Source: Bdellovibrionaceae bacterium UBA6776
GTDB taxonomy: Bacteria > Bdellovibrionota > Bdellovibrionia > Bdellovibrionales > UBA1609
Assembly (NCBI GenBank): GCA_002453155.1
Contig: DKGG01000055.1
Coordinates: 5,271-69,270 of the forward strand
DNA length: 64,000 nt
Direction of reading: 5' to 3'
Position 1 is the stretch's first letter. Every line of letters begins with the position of its first letter. Of this stretch, positions 54,370 through 64,000 are shown piece by piece. Made by a program: the position numbers and the translations under genes. The notes below the pieces were generated by a model that saw nothing but the letters and a program-made list of their open reading frames with translations, made no database searches and was not told where the DNA came from.

Positions 54370-55314
54370 ATGTCATTACTAAAATCATCCTTCTTATCGT
54401 CGTCCCAATTGTCCAACTCCGAAGTGGAAGAACTTTTCGACCGGGCTCAATTGTTTAAAAACGAGTTCGAAAAAAAGGGAACACTCAGCCACTTGGTAAA
54501 AACCACAGAAGCGGTTGTTGCGCTCGTTTTTGCAGAACCTTCGACGAGAACACGTTTGAGTTTTCAAATGGCGGCTTACCGCTTGGGTTTGCGAACAGTG
54601 ACTTTGGACAATCCCAGTGTGGCCAGTCTTTCGAAAGGGGAAACTCTTTCGGACACCATCCGCAACGTGGCAGCCATGAAGCCGGACGTTATAGTCACTC
54701 GATTCAATGATGATCCCGAAGCGGAAGAAACTTTAAAGAGTGTGGGCTGCCCGGCCATCAGCGGTGGAATCGGTGCTCAAGAGCATCCCACCCAGGCTTT
54801 GTCCGATGCCTTTACAATTTTGCAGAACCGTGGACAGGTGAAGGGCGAAAAGGTTTTGATCGTGGGAGATGTTCTTCACTCTCGCGTGGCCAACTCCAAT
54901 CTTTTGTTGCTTCAAAAAATGGGTGCGGAAATTGCTTACTGTGCTCCCGATGAATTTGTTCCTCAGCAGGAGCAATGGAAAGGTGTGAAGTCCTTCTCTT
55001 CTTTAGAAGATGGAGTGAAGTGGGCCACGGTGATCATGGGTCTTCGCGTTCAGCGGGAGAGACATTCTTCTCGAGGCTTGGGACTTTCCATCGCTGAATA
55101 CAGAGAGCGCTACCGTGTGGGCGGGGATCAATTGGAAGTTTTTGCCAAAGATGGAATTTTACTTCACCCCGGTCCCGTGATTCGTGGTGTGGAATTTTCC
55201 GACTATGTGATGAGCGAACCTCGATGCAAAGTTTTGGATCAGGTCACTTCTGGAGTTTTTGTGCGCGCAGCGCTTTTATCCTTTGTTCTTGGCCTTGAGG
55301 TCCAATCGGCGTGA
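54370..55314 (+). CDS. pyrB: Aspartate carbamoyltransferase catalytic subunit
   Basis: EPSTRTRLSF, QEHPTQAL and LLHPGPV motifs. Confidence 0.9.
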   Translation: MSLLKSSFLSSSQLSNSEVEELFDRAQLFKNEFEKKGTLSHLVKTTEAVVALVFAEPSTRTRLSFQMAAYRLGLRTVTLDNPSVASLSKGETLSDTIRNVAAMKPDVIVTRFNDDPEAEETLKSVGCPAISGGIGAQEHPTQALSDAFTILQNRGQVKGEKVLIVGDVLHSRVANSNLLLLQKMGAEIAYCAPDEFVPQQEQWKGVKSFSSLEDGVKWATVIMGLRVQRERHSSRGLGLSIAEYRERYRVGGDQLEVFAKDGILLHPGPVIRGVEFSDYVMSEPRCKVLDQVTSGVFVRAALLSFVLGLEVQSA

Positions 55315-56384
55315 ATACGAAGTTGGGATTTGTGGTCTTAGAGTCCGGTGAATGTTTTCCCGGACAATGGCATGGTGGGCCTTCAAAGGCCGGAGAACTT
55401 GTATTCAACACCAGTCATTCCGGATACGAAGAAATGGCAACGGATCCCTCTTATTACTCCCAAATTTTGATCACCACAGCTTCTCAGCAAGGAAATTACG
55501 GCGAAAAGGACGAGGACAAAGAGTCCGAGCAAATTTGGATTCATGGCTTTGTTTGTTTGGAACTTCAAAATTCAAAACGAGATCATGCTTGGAGAGAAAA
55601 ACTTCTTCAAAGCCAAGTGCCCATTGTGACCGAAGTGGACACGCGATCTTTGACTTTGGAATTGCGCGAAAAAGGAACCACCTGGGGTGCGCTTGTTGAG
55701 GCGCAAAACAAAAGCGAAGCCATTGAGTTGGCAAAAAGCCTCATCGCTGAAGAAAAGAGGAAAGACTTGGATTGGGCTCATCGGGTTTCCACCAAAGAAG
55801 TGGTTTCACTTCAAGGAGAGAATCCTCAAGGTCCAAAAGTTTGTGTGATTGATTTTGGATGCAAGAAGAACATCATCAGAGAATTGCGTTCACGATGTTC
55901 AGAGGTAATTTTGGTTCCCAGTCGTTTTGAGGAACAGCAAGTAAGAGATTTGGATCCTCAAGGGATTTTGTTGTCGAACGGTCCGGGAAATCCGGAAGAT
56001 GTGCAAGTGGCGGCGGAAAGTCTTCGCGGTCTTTTGGGGTGGAGACCCGTATTTGGCATTTGCATGGGACATCAGATTTTAGGTCGTGCTTTGGGCGCAA
56101 AAACTTTTAAATTGAAATATGGTCACCGTGGCGCCAATCATCCCATCAAAGATGATTTGTTGTCTCAAATCTATATGACCAGCCAAAACCATGGCTATGC
56201 GGTGGAAGAGCAAAGCCTTCCCAAAAATGTAAAAGTGACTCACCGAAATTTAAACGATGGAACTGTTGCAGGCATTGAAGCTCAGGATCAAAAGGCTTTT
56301 AGTGTGCAATTTCACCCCGAAAGTCATCCGGGTCCCCATGACTCTGTTGCGCTTTTCGATTACTTTGTAAAGCAGATCCAATGA
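55311..56384 (+). CDS. carA: Carbamoyl-phosphate synthase small (glutaminase) subunit
   Basis: GTG start overlapping the pyrB stop. FGICMGHQIL (Cys nucleophile), HRGANHP, FSVQFHPE. Confidence 0.9.
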   Translation: MNTKLGFVVLESGECFPGQWHGGPSKAGELVFNTSHSGYEEMATDPSYYSQILITTASQQGNYGEKDEDKESEQIWIHGFVCLELQNSKRDHAWREKLLQSQVPIVTEVDTRSLTLELREKGTTWGALVEAQNKSEAIELAKSLIAEEKRKDLDWAHRVSTKEVVSLQGENPQGPKVCVIDFGCKKNIIRELRSRCSEVILVPSRFEEQQVRDLDPQGILLSNGPGNPEDVQVAAESLRGLLGWRPVFGICMGHQILGRALGAKTFKLKYGHRGANHPIKDDLLSQIYMTSQNHGYAVEEQSLPKNVKVTHRNLNDGTVAGIEAQDQKAFSVQFHPESHPGPHDSVALFDYFVKQIQ

Positions 56385-57037
56385 TATACGAAGATTTACT
56401 CGACAGAGTGATGCAACATTACACCGGGCCGGGCTACGAAGAAGAAGTGGGCCAGGGAAAGCTTCAGTTCTCAGAATGGGCTGGGGCCTTCGACGAAACT
56501 TCTCCACTCTTTGAACTGAGAATGGCTCAATTTTCAGACTGGTATGTTTTTACAAGAGTTCTTGGAAATCGGAACATGACCCCCATTGAGGCGTCATTGA
56601 ATGATTCTTCCTTTCAGGTCACTGAAGAAGAACGCAGTCAGCTTCAAAATTTACGGAACAACCGCCACAGTCTTTTTGAATTTCTTAAGCTAAAGAAAAA
56701 CGATGTTTACGTCAAAGATCTGTTCAACGGTTTGAAATATGTGATTAAGGATTCATTGATCACTGCGGGTTTTGATTCTAGAGAATATTTTGAAGCCCGA
56801 TTGATTCCTCACAATGACGGTTTTATTTTTTCAAATTCATTTTGTTTTCATCCGGAAGATGTCAATCGATTCATTTCCAAAGAAATCCGAGCGGTTAAAA
56901 AAAGTAAGGAAATTCCGCTGGATGAGGGACGGGAAAATTTAATTCTTAAGCTATTTCAAATGAAGTGTAAGCACGAACGCTACAAACATTTGAAGTTAAA
57001 GGATATTTATTCCAACAATTCCAAATTGAAATTTTAG
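56381..57037 (+). CDS. Hypothetical protein inserted between carA and carB (218 aa)
   Basis: ATGA overlap with the carA stop, ending 16 nt before carB. No family recognised, no TM or signal peptide. The 3' half is visibly AT-rich relative to flanking car genes. Confidence 0.5.
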   Translation: MIYEDLLDRVMQHYTGPGYEEEVGQGKLQFSEWAGAFDETSPLFELRMAQFSDWYVFTRVLGNRNMTPIEASLNDSSFQVTEEERSQLQNLRNNRHSLFEFLKLKKNDVYVKDLFNGLKYVIKDSLITAGFDSREYFEARLIPHNDGFIFSNSFCFHPEDVNRFISKEIRAVKKSKEIPLDEGRENLILKLFQMKCKHERYKHLKLKDIYSNNSKLKF

Positions 57038-57053
57038 AAAGCGAAGGCGGGCC

Positions 57054-60000
57054 ATGCCAATTCGAAAAGATATCAAAAAAGTCGTTATTCTAGGAAGTGG
57101 GCCCATCGTCATTGGGCAGGCTTGCGAATTTGATTACTCGGGAACACAAGCTTGTAAATCTTTGATGGGATTGGGCTTGGAAGTGATCTTGGTCAATTCA
57201 AATCCCGCCACCATTATGACCGATCCTGAGGTTGCCACTCGCGTGTATGTGGAGCCTTTGAAAGTTCCTTATTTGGATAAAATTTTAGAAAAAGAAAAGC
57301 CCGATGCAATCATTCCCACCTTGGGGGGGCAGACCGCATTGAACCTGGCTCTAGAACTCTTTGATCAAGGGGTTTTGAAGAAACACAATGTTCAACTGTT
57401 AGGTGCAGACCCAAAAGTGATTCGAGCCGGCGAAGACCGCGAAATTTTCCGCGGACTGTTGGATCAAATTGGTGCCAAGTATCCGCGCTCTGAAATGGTT
57501 CGGACTTTTGAAGCCGGACTGGAAGCTGGAGATCAACTGGGTTTCCCTTTGATTTTAAGACCCAACTACACTCTTGGCGGCGGCGGTGGGGGAATTGCTT
57601 TTTCCAAAGAAGAATTCCGCATCAAGTTGGCTCAAGCACTTCATGAAAGTCCCACTTCAGAAGTGTTGGTGGAAGAAAGCATTTTGGGTTGGAAAGAATT
57701 CGAACTGGAAGTGATGAGAGATCGCGCGGGAACCTTTGTTGTCATTTGCTCCATTGAAAACTTCGACCCTTGTGGGGTTCACACAGGCGACAGCATTACA
57801 GTGGCGCCTCAACAAACCCTTTCGGACAAAGAGTATCAGGACATGCGCGATGAAGCGCGCAAGATCATTGAAGCTGTGGGTGTGGAAACTGGCGGAGCAA
57901 ACATTCAATTTGCCGTTCACCCGGAAACGGGCGAGCGTTTGGTCATTGAAATGAATCCTCGAGTGAGTCGTTCTTCCGCATTGGCCAGTAAAGCCACGGG
58001 ATTTCCCATTGCAAAAATTGCGGCGCAATTGGCTTTGGGTTTTACCTTGGATGAAATTCAAAATGACATCACCAAAACAACACCGGCGTGTTTTGAGCCC
58101 GCTTTGGATTATGTGGTGACGAAGATCCCTCGCTTTGCATTCGAAAAGTTTCCTGGAACTCAAGACATCCTCAACACTCAAATGAAAAGTGTGGGAGAGG
58201 CCATGGGAATTGGCCGAACCTTAAAAGAGTCTTTTCATAAAGCCATTTTATCTTTGGAAGGTGCGGCGGAAGGCTTCCGAGAAGTGAAATTTGATCAGAG
58301 CAAGCTCTCTTATCCAAACAGTCAGAGAATATTCTATATCATTCAAGCATTTAGAGACGGTGTGTCCTTAGAAGAGATTCACAGTCTGACCCAAATTCAT
58401 CCTTGGTTTTTGGAGCAGTTGGAGCAGATTGTTGATATGGAAAAGTCCATTTCTGCATGGAAAAAGTTGGAAAAGGAACCTTTGCTCAAAGCAAAGCGCC
58501 ATGGATTTTCAGACGCTGCAATTTCAAAACTCACAGGAATTGATGAAATTGCGGTTCGACAAGAACGAAAATCTTTTGGCCTCACTCCGGGCTACTTTAG
58601 AGTAGACACCTGTGCCGGAGAGTTTGCTTCGGAAACACCGTACTTTTATTCCACCTATTGGACAGAACCTGATCCTAAAGGGCTTCAAGTGAAGGAATCT
58701 GATCATGGAAAGCCCGTGATTGCCTTGATCGGAAGTGGTCCCAACCGAATTGGACAGGGAATTGAATTTGATTACAGCTGCGTGCGCAGCGTGCGTGAGT
58801 TTCAACGTCAGGGTTATTTTGTAGCCATGTTGAACTCCAACCCAGAAACTGTTTCTACGGATTATGACACTTCAAATGCACTTTTCTTTGAGCCGGTGAC
58901 CGAAGAATCCATTGCGAATGTTTTGGAATTTACAAAGGCACAGTCTTTTGTGGCGCAATTGGGGGGACAGACTCCCATCAATTTGGCGGCACCTTTGGTG
59001 GACCAAGGATTTTCATTGATGGGTTCCACTTTGGAGGCCATTGATCGCGCGGAAGACCGCGGACAGTTTTCAGAGATTTGCAAAGAGTTGGGCGTGAAGA
59101 TGCCTCAGGCCGGAATGGCCAGCAACATTTCTGAAGCGTTGAAGTTGGCTCAGAATCTAGGTTATCCGATCATGTGCCGTCCCAGTTATGTTTTGGGTGG
59201 GCGTCACATGGAGATTGTGGAATCGGATGGGGAGTTGGAACACTACTTCGAGTCCCATGCAGCGACCATTTCCGAAAAACGTCCCTGTTTGATGGATCAG
59301 TTTCTTGAGCGTGCTCTCGAAGTGGATGTGGATTTGGCCTGTGGTCCGGATTGGGCCGTGGTTGGTGGAATCATCGAACACATTGAAGCCGCTGGAGTTC
59401 ACAGTGGGGACAGTATGGGAGTTGTTCCTCCTCAACGTTTAAAAGAAGAGACGGCTCTTAAGATCGAAGCTGTCAGTGTTCAGTTGGCTAAGAAACTTGG
59501 AATTTTAGGATTTTTGAATCTTCAGTTGGCCATTAAAGATGACGAAGTTTATGTTTTGGAAGCAAACCCACGCAGTTCACGAAGTGTGCCCTTTATTGCA
59601 AAATCGACGAAAGTTCCACTTGTAGATTTGGGAGTGCGTGGAATGTTGGGGCTAAAGAGCTCCGAGGTGAAGCCCGAGCAGTACGACTGGAAAAAAGTTT
59701 CAGGTGTGAGTGTGAAGGGTGTGGTTTTCCCATTTAAAAAATATCCGGAGTCAGATTCTATCTTAGGCCCAGAGATGCGTTCTACGGGAGAGGCGATGGG
59801 ACGTGGTGCAGATTATGGAGAGGCTTTGCTGAAAGCCTTTGTCACCAGTCACATGCGACTTCCGCAAAACGGCAAAGTCTTTCTTTCTTTAAGGGACAAA
59901 GACAAGGACATGCTCTTGCCTTTGGTGAAAGAGCTTCAGGCTCTCGACTTTAGTTTGGTTGCAACTACAGGAACGGCAAAGTATTTGGAAGACTCTGGGA

Positions 60001-60248
60001 TTTCCTGCGATGTGGTTAAGAAGGTGCATCAGGGAAATCCAAACTGCGTGGATTTGATCCGCTCCGGAGAAGTTGCTCTTGTGATCAACACCACTTCGGG
60101 AAGAGAATCCATCGAGGCGAGTTTTGGAATTCGTCGAAGTTGTGTGGACTACTCCATTCCCTGTTTGACGGAAAGTGATGCTGCTGAAGCCTTTTTGCTG
60201 GCGCTGAAAAATCAAAAGACTAGTCAGGTTTCTGTTTCGTCCCTATGA
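57054..60248 (+). CDS. carB: Carbamoyl-phosphate synthase large subunit
   Basis: Two ATP-grasp halves ([15 protein letters not shown] / [15 protein letters not shown]) and a C-terminal MGS-like domain. 1064 aa. Confidence 0.95.
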   Translation: MPIRKDIKKVVILGSGPIVIGQACEFDYSGTQACKSLMGLGLEVILVNSNPATIMTDPEVATRVYVEPLKVPYLDKILEKEKPDAIIPTLGGQTALNLALELFDQGVLKKHNVQLLGADPKVIRAGEDREIFRGLLDQIGAKYPRSEMVRTFEAGLEAGDQLGFPLILRPNYTLGGGGGGIAFSKEEFRIKLAQALHESPTSEVLVEESILGWKEFELEVMRDRAGTFVVICSIENFDPCGVHTGDSITVAPQQTLSDKEYQDMRDEARKIIEAVGVETGGANIQFAVHPETGERLVIEMNPRVSRSSALASKATGFPIAKIAAQLALGFTLDEIQNDITKTTPACFEPALDYVVTKIPRFAFEKFPGTQDILNTQMKSVGEAMGIGRTLKESFHKAILSLEGAAEGFREVKFDQSKLSYPNSQRIFYIIQAFRDGVSLEEIHSLTQIHPWFLEQLEQIVDMEKSISAWKKLEKEPLLKAKRHGFSDAAISKLTGIDEIAVRQERKSFGLTPGYFRVDTCAGEFASETPYFYSTYWTEPDPKGLQVKESDHGKPVIALIGSGPNRIGQGIEFDYSCVRSVREFQRQGYFVAMLNSNPETVSTDYDTSNALFFEPVTEESIANVLEFTKAQSFVAQLGGQTPINLAAPLVDQGFSLMGSTLEAIDRAEDRGQFSEICKELGVKMPQAGMASNISEALKLAQNLGYPIMCRPSYVLGGRHMEIVESDGELEHYFESHAATISEKRPCLMDQFLERALEVDVDLACGPDWAVVGGIIEHIEAAGVHSGDSMGVVPPQRLKEETALKIEAVSVQLAKKLGILGFLNLQLAIKDDEVYVLEANPRSSRSVPFIAKSTKVPLVDLGVRGMLGLKSSEVKPEQYDWKKVSGVSVKGVVFPFKKYPESDSILGPEMRSTGEAMGRGADYGEALLKAFVTSHMRLPQNGKVFLSLRDKDKDMLLPLVKELQALDFSLVATTGTAKYLEDSGISCDVVKKVHQGNPNCVDLIRSGEVALVINTTSGRESIEASFGIRRSCVDYSIPCLTESDAAEAFLLALKNQKTSQVSVSSL

Positions 60249-60255
60249 TGTCTCA

Positions 60256-61131
60256 GTGGAATCCATTCTTGTCGTAGAAGAACTCACTAAAACCTACCGG
60301 AAGGGCTTTATTCCAAAGCCGGTGTTGGCATTGGACCGAGCTTCCTTTGAAGTGCGAAAGGGAAGCGTCACCGGATTTATCGGCGCAAATGGCGCAGGTA
60401 AAACGACCACTTTACGATGTCTTTTAAACTTTACCCATGCAGACTCGGGGAAATTTTCTTTTTTTGGTGACCAAGGGTTTTCCATGGAGGCGCGCCGCCG
60501 CGTGGGCTATTTGCCCGAACATCCCTATTTCTACGGCTATCTTACAGGAACAGAGTTTTTAAATTTCTACAGTGGACTTTCCGGTCAGAAGATTTCTCAA
60601 GCTGATATTCAAAATGCTCTTAAGACCGTTCGGTTGGATTTTGCGGCCGATCGACCCCTCAGCGGGTATTCCAAAGGAATGCTTCAACGGGTGGGATTGG
60701 CTCAAGCCCTGATTCATCGGCCAGATTTGTTGATCTTGGATGAACCCATGTCTGGTTTGGATCCCGATGGTCGGCTTTTGGTGCGACAAATCCTCAAAGA
60801 GGTTTCCTCAAAAGGGGTCACTTTATTTTTTAGCACCCACCTTTTGGATGATGCTGAAAATTTATGTGAAGATTTGGTTTTGATGGCTCATGGAAAAGTG
60901 AAATACGCCGGAACTTTAAAGGGAGCTTTGCCGCCCACCTCTGTGAAGTATGTGGTTGAATATCAAACTCCTGAAGAATCCGTTTCTCAGATTCAGGAAT
61001 GCGAAACACTGCAGGAATTCAATGAGCTTTTGAAAGCTTTGGTGGGAAGAGGTGTTCAGATCTTGGAAGCCAGGTCTGTAAAACCCAAGCTGGAAGACCT
61101 TTTCCGAAAGACCAATCAGGAGTCCAAATGA
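60256..61131 (+). CDS. ABC transporter ATP-binding protein (PilH-like position upstream of pilD)
   Basis: Walker A GANGAGKTT, signature YSKGMLQRV, Walker B LLILDEP. Confidence 0.85.
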   Translation: MESILVVEELTKTYRKGFIPKPVLALDRASFEVRKGSVTGFIGANGAGKTTTLRCLLNFTHADSGKFSFFGDQGFSMEARRRVGYLPEHPYFYGYLTGTEFLNFYSGLSGQKISQADIQNALKTVRLDFAADRPLSGYSKGMLQRVGLAQALIHRPDLLILDEPMSGLDPDGRLLVRQILKEVSSKGVTLFFSTHLLDDAENLCEDLVLMAHGKVKYAGTLKGALPPTSVKYVVEYQTPEESVSQIQECETLQEFNELLKALVGRGVQILEARSVKPKLEDLFRKTNQESK

Positions 61132-61898
61132 ATCCCGTTCTGCTGATTGCGAAAGTGACTTTTAAAGAATTGATTCGGGAAAAAATTCTTCATGGCTTGT
61201 TGGTGGTGTTCTTTTTTATTTCCATTTTCAGTTTAATTTTGGGGAGTTTGAGTTTTGCGGAACAGGTAAAAATGAGTTTGGATTTCGGACTTGCCGTAAT
61301 GCAACTTTCGATCGTGGGAATTTCAATTCTGCTGGGTGCGCAACTCATCCAAAAGGAAATTGAAAGGAAGACTGTTTTCACTCTTTTGGTGCGGCCCCTT
61401 CATCGATACCAATATCTCCTGGGAAAATTCTTTGGTCTTTGGGCGCTGATCTTGTTCATGATTTTTCTTTGCTGTTTGTTTCTTTCCATGTGCATGCTTT
61501 ATTTCGGAGGATCCTACTTCAAAGATGTTTTTACTGTGGGCCTGGGTCTTTGGTTGGAAGCGGGTTTTTTAATCTCCATTGTGATGTTGCTCACTCAAAA
61601 GGTTCAAGTGTCAGTGGGAATTTTCGGAGGCATTGGTATTTTTCTGGTGGGCCATTGGTTTGAAACTTTAAAGTTTTTGACTCAAAAAAATCCCTCAATA
61701 GTTTTAGAATCCGTTTACCAAGGCCTTTCTTTGGTTTTGCCCAATTTGGAAAATTGGAACTGGAAATCTTTGGTGGTTTATCAGCAGGACATTGGAATTT
61801 ATCAAATGGCACTGTCCTCAGCAGAAGGTCTTTTGTGGATGATTGCGTATTTATTTTTGGCGGCACTCATTTTTGAGAAAAGAGATTTGATTGTTTGA
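61128..61898 (+). CDS. ABC-2-type transporter permease (PilI-like position)
   Basis: Six predicted TM helices and ATGA overlap with the ATPase gene. Confidence 0.7.
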   Translation: MNPVLLIAKVTFKELIREKILHGLLVVFFFISIFSLILGSLSFAEQVKMSLDFGLAVMQLSIVGISILLGAQLIQKEIERKTVFTLLVRPLHRYQYLLGKFFGLWALILFMIFLCCLFLSMCMLYFGGSYFKDVFTVGLGLWLEAGFLISIVMLLTQKVQVSVGIFGGIGIFLVGHWFETLKFLTQKNPSIVLESVYQGLSLVLPNLENWNWKSLVVYQQDIGIYQMALSSAEGLLWMIAYLFLAALIFEKRDLIV

Positions 61899-62661
61899 GT
61901 TGGGAGTTGTTTTTCTTTTGGGACTTCTCTGGGGCAGTTTTGCTAATGTGGTGATTTATCGGTGGCCCCGTCAGGAATCCTTTGTTTTTGGGCGCAGCCA
62001 CTGCCCCCATTGCAAGGCTTTGGTGTCTTGGTGGCAGAACATCCCCGTGCTTTCTTTTTTAATCCTTGGTGGCAAATGCCGTTCCTGCGGCCAAAAAATT
62101 TCAAGGAGATATCCTCTTGTCGAACTTCTCACGGGCATGATTTTTCTCGCGATCTATTGGAAGTACGGAATGTCTTGGTCCACTCTGGAATATTTTATTT
62201 TTGGATTTGGACTGGTTACAGTCAGTTTCATTGATTTGGATCACATGTTATTGCCGGATATTTTCACTTTGCCCGGAATTGGGATTGGCCTCATTGGAGC
62301 ATATTTGAATCCAGAGCGCTCCTTTCAAAATGCGTGGCTCGGAGTGCTTGTGGGCGGTGGTATCTTGTGGTCGGTGGCTGTGATCTACTACGCCCTTCGA
62401 AAGAGAGAGGGCATGGGCGGTGGAGACATCAAGCTTTTGGCTTGGATAGGTGCCATTCTTGGGCTGTCATCGATCCCGGTGGTGCTTCTTTTTGCTAGTC
62501 TTTGGGGCAGTTTTTTTGGAATTCTGATGAGCCTTCGATCCAAAGACGGGGCGCAGACCGCAATTCCCTTTGGACCTTATCTGGCCTTGGGGGCTCTTTT
62601 CTATCTGTTTTTCGGAGAGGAAGTGATCACTTGGTACTTCTCACATCTCCTTCCTCCCTAG
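61891..62661 (+). CDS. pilD: Prepilin peptidase (A24 family)
   Basis: Two Cys pairs CPHC..CRSC, catalytic Asp motifs FIDLDHMLLPD and GGGDIKLL. TTG start. Confidence 0.85.
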   Translation: MFELGVVFLLGLLWGSFANVVIYRWPRQESFVFGRSHCPHCKALVSWWQNIPVLSFLILGGKCRSCGQKISRRYPLVELLTGMIFLAIYWKYGMSWSTLEYFIFGFGLVTVSFIDLDHMLLPDIFTLPGIGIGLIGAYLNPERSFQNAWLGVLVGGGILWSVAVIYYALRKREGMGGGDIKLLAWIGAILGLSSIPVVLLFASLWGSFFGILMSLRSKDGAQTAIPFGPYLALGALFYLFFGEEVITWYFSHLLPP

Positions 62662-62671
62662 ACTGGACGAA

Positions 62672-62700
62672 TTGACATTATGCAAGGCCTTCGATTTAAT
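62672..62700 (+). promoter_or_regulatory. Candidate sigma-70 promoter for the pilM operon
   Basis: TTGACA (62672-62677) - 17 nt - TTTAAT (62695-62700), about 75 nt upstream of the pilM ATG. Confidence 0.45.
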
Positions 62701-62776
62701 TTTTAGTGGGAAATTAGCTAGTTAGCCATTTGGCAGTTGTATGATGATGACCAACATCTAGGAGAGGCCTTCATCC

Positions 62777-63832
62777 ATGTTCTTTTCGAACAAGAAGCTT
62801 ATAGGAATTGATTTAGGGTCTAGCATGATCAAGGCCGCTGAGATCAATTTCTCTGGAAAAAAAGCAGAACTTGTGGGGTTTTCTATGACTCCTACGCCAG
62901 AAGGTGCCATGGTCGGAGGAGAGATTCAGCAGCCCGGTTTGCTCTCTGAGGTGATTCAAAGCTTAGTTGCAGATCTTCACTCAAAAAGAAAGCAAGCTGC
63001 TATCGGGTTGTGGGGAACTTCCGTTGTCGTAAAGAAAATTTCCATTCCAAGAATAGAGGAGAAGCTCATAGCAGGGCAGATTCGCTGGGAAGCGGAACAG
63101 TATATTCCCTTCGATATTGAAGATGTGAATATTGATTACAAAATTTTGAAAGATCTGTCAGTAGCTCCCGAGACCATGGACATTTTATTGGTGGCGGCAA
63201 AAAAAGATGCGATTTACATGTGCCAAGATACACTTCAGGGAGCGGGTCTTGCTCCTGCGGTCATTGATTTGAGCAGTTTTGCTTTAGCAAACTGTGTGCA
63301 GAGAAATCATCCGGAAATTTCACAAATGACAGTAGCAGTGATGGACATGGGAGCTTCGGTAACAAACTTTATGGTTCTGGAGAAAGGCGAAGTTATATTT
63401 TACCGAGACATTCCTGTAGGTGGGTTGACGTACACCTCTGAAATTCAAAAATCTATGAACGTGTCTTATGAGGAGGCGGAGTCCCTGAAGCTTGGGGCGT
63501 CTGATTCCGGGGCAAATCCCGACGAGCTTCTGACGGCAATCAAGTATGGGCACGATATGGTTTCTGAAGAAATTCAAAACAGTATTGAATTTTTTATGAA
63601 CACCACGCCGGGAATTCAGATTCAGAAGATTCTGTACAGTGGAGGCGGAAGTCGCACTTTCAAATGTATTTCTGAGATTTCAGCAAAAACGAACTTGCCC
63701 ATGGAAAAAATTAATATCTTCAATTACATCAGCTCCAAGGCGGGGTCTTTCACTGCCGAATTTTTAGAAGAGGTGGATCAGGTGGGCGCGGTGGCTATGG
63801 GGCTTGCCTTAAGAAAAGTGGGTGACACTTGA
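62777..63832 (+). CDS. pilM: Type IV pilus assembly protein PilM (actin-like ATPase fold)
   Basis: IGIDLGSSMIKAAE phosphate-1 motif and GGGS block, followed by pilN. Confidence 0.9.
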   Translation: MFFSNKKLIGIDLGSSMIKAAEINFSGKKAELVGFSMTPTPEGAMVGGEIQQPGLLSEVIQSLVADLHSKRKQAAIGLWGTSVVVKKISIPRIEEKLIAGQIRWEAEQYIPFDIEDVNIDYKILKDLSVAPETMDILLVAAKKDAIYMCQDTLQGAGLAPAVIDLSSFALANCVQRNHPEISQMTVAVMDMGASVTNFMVLEKGEVIFYRDIPVGGLTYTSEIQKSMNVSYEEAESLKLGASDSGANPDELLTAIKYGHDMVSEEIQNSIEFFMNTTPGIQIQKILYSGGGSRTFKCISEISAKTNLPMEKINIFNYISSKAGSFTAEFLEEVDQVGAVAMGLALRKVGDT

Positions 63833-64000
63833 TTAAGATCAATCTGGGGCAAACCAAGATTCAGCAGATGGAAAGTCTGGACTCTCGAAATATTTCTGTG
63901 AGTTCTTCAGGTGGGTCCAATGAATTGGTTGCTACAGTTCTTAAAGTGGCCCTACTATTGGTGAGTGTAGGTGTGCTCTATTTTTTTGAACAGCAGAATT
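63829..64000 (+). CDS. pilN: Type IV pilus assembly protein PilN (N-terminal fragment, cut by window end)
   Basis: Not in the ORF track. TTG 63829 overlaps the pilM stop (TTGA). The translation (M)IKINLGQTK...LKVALLLVSVGVLYFF has the PilN IxINLL-type start and TM helix. Confidence 0.65.
   Translation, partial: MIKINLGQTKIQQMESLDSRNISVSSSGGSNELVATVLKVALLLVSVGVLYFFEQQN

Noticed and set aside
57323-57329. G7 homopolymer considered as a phase-variation tract
   Set aside because: It lies in frame within essential carB (codons for LGGQ), with no alternative frame or promoter role. This is an ordinary Gly-codon run.

Overview
This is a gene-dense 64-kb chromosomal segment with about 62 protein-coding genes, mostly on the + strand and often joined by 1-4 nt start/stop overlaps. 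I saw no rRNA, tRNA, CRISPR array, transposase, integrase or prophage signature. Gene content suggests core genome of a Bdellovibrio-like predatory bacterium; this taxonomic call is inference only. The supporting content is a compact Agl/Glt-type gliding-motility cluster, an FHA-GGDEF cyclase with DgcB architecture, and a PilH/PilI-type ABC pair upstream of pilD-pilM-pilN.

Housekeeping genes recognised are pyrD (partial, missing from the ORF track), gdh, rlmN, pgi, eno, ftsB, polA, engB, kdsB-pyrG-kdsD, lptB-rpoN-hpf, metK, lepA, lepB paralogues and pyrB-carA-carB.

Signalling content is dense: two GGDEF cyclases, two PilZ proteins, three FHA-domain proteins, an ECF sigma/anti-sigma pair and a sigma-54 activator.

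Nothing here is a textbook defence or mobile island. My best candidates for something undescribed are:
- an orphan CpaF/VirB11-type ATPase operon with two small unknown proteins (17.9-19.8 kb);
- a GYF-GYF-PilZ protein abutting the gliding motor genes (44.7-45.4 kb);
- an AT-rich unknown gene translationally wedged between carA and carB (56.4-57.0 kb);
- a 293-nt intergenic region after polA packed with long perfect inverted repeats and direct repeats (25.84-26.13 kb);
- a tandem triple of signal-peptidase-I genes whose third copy has lost both catalytic residues.

All family assignments come from motif reading by eye. No database search was run.
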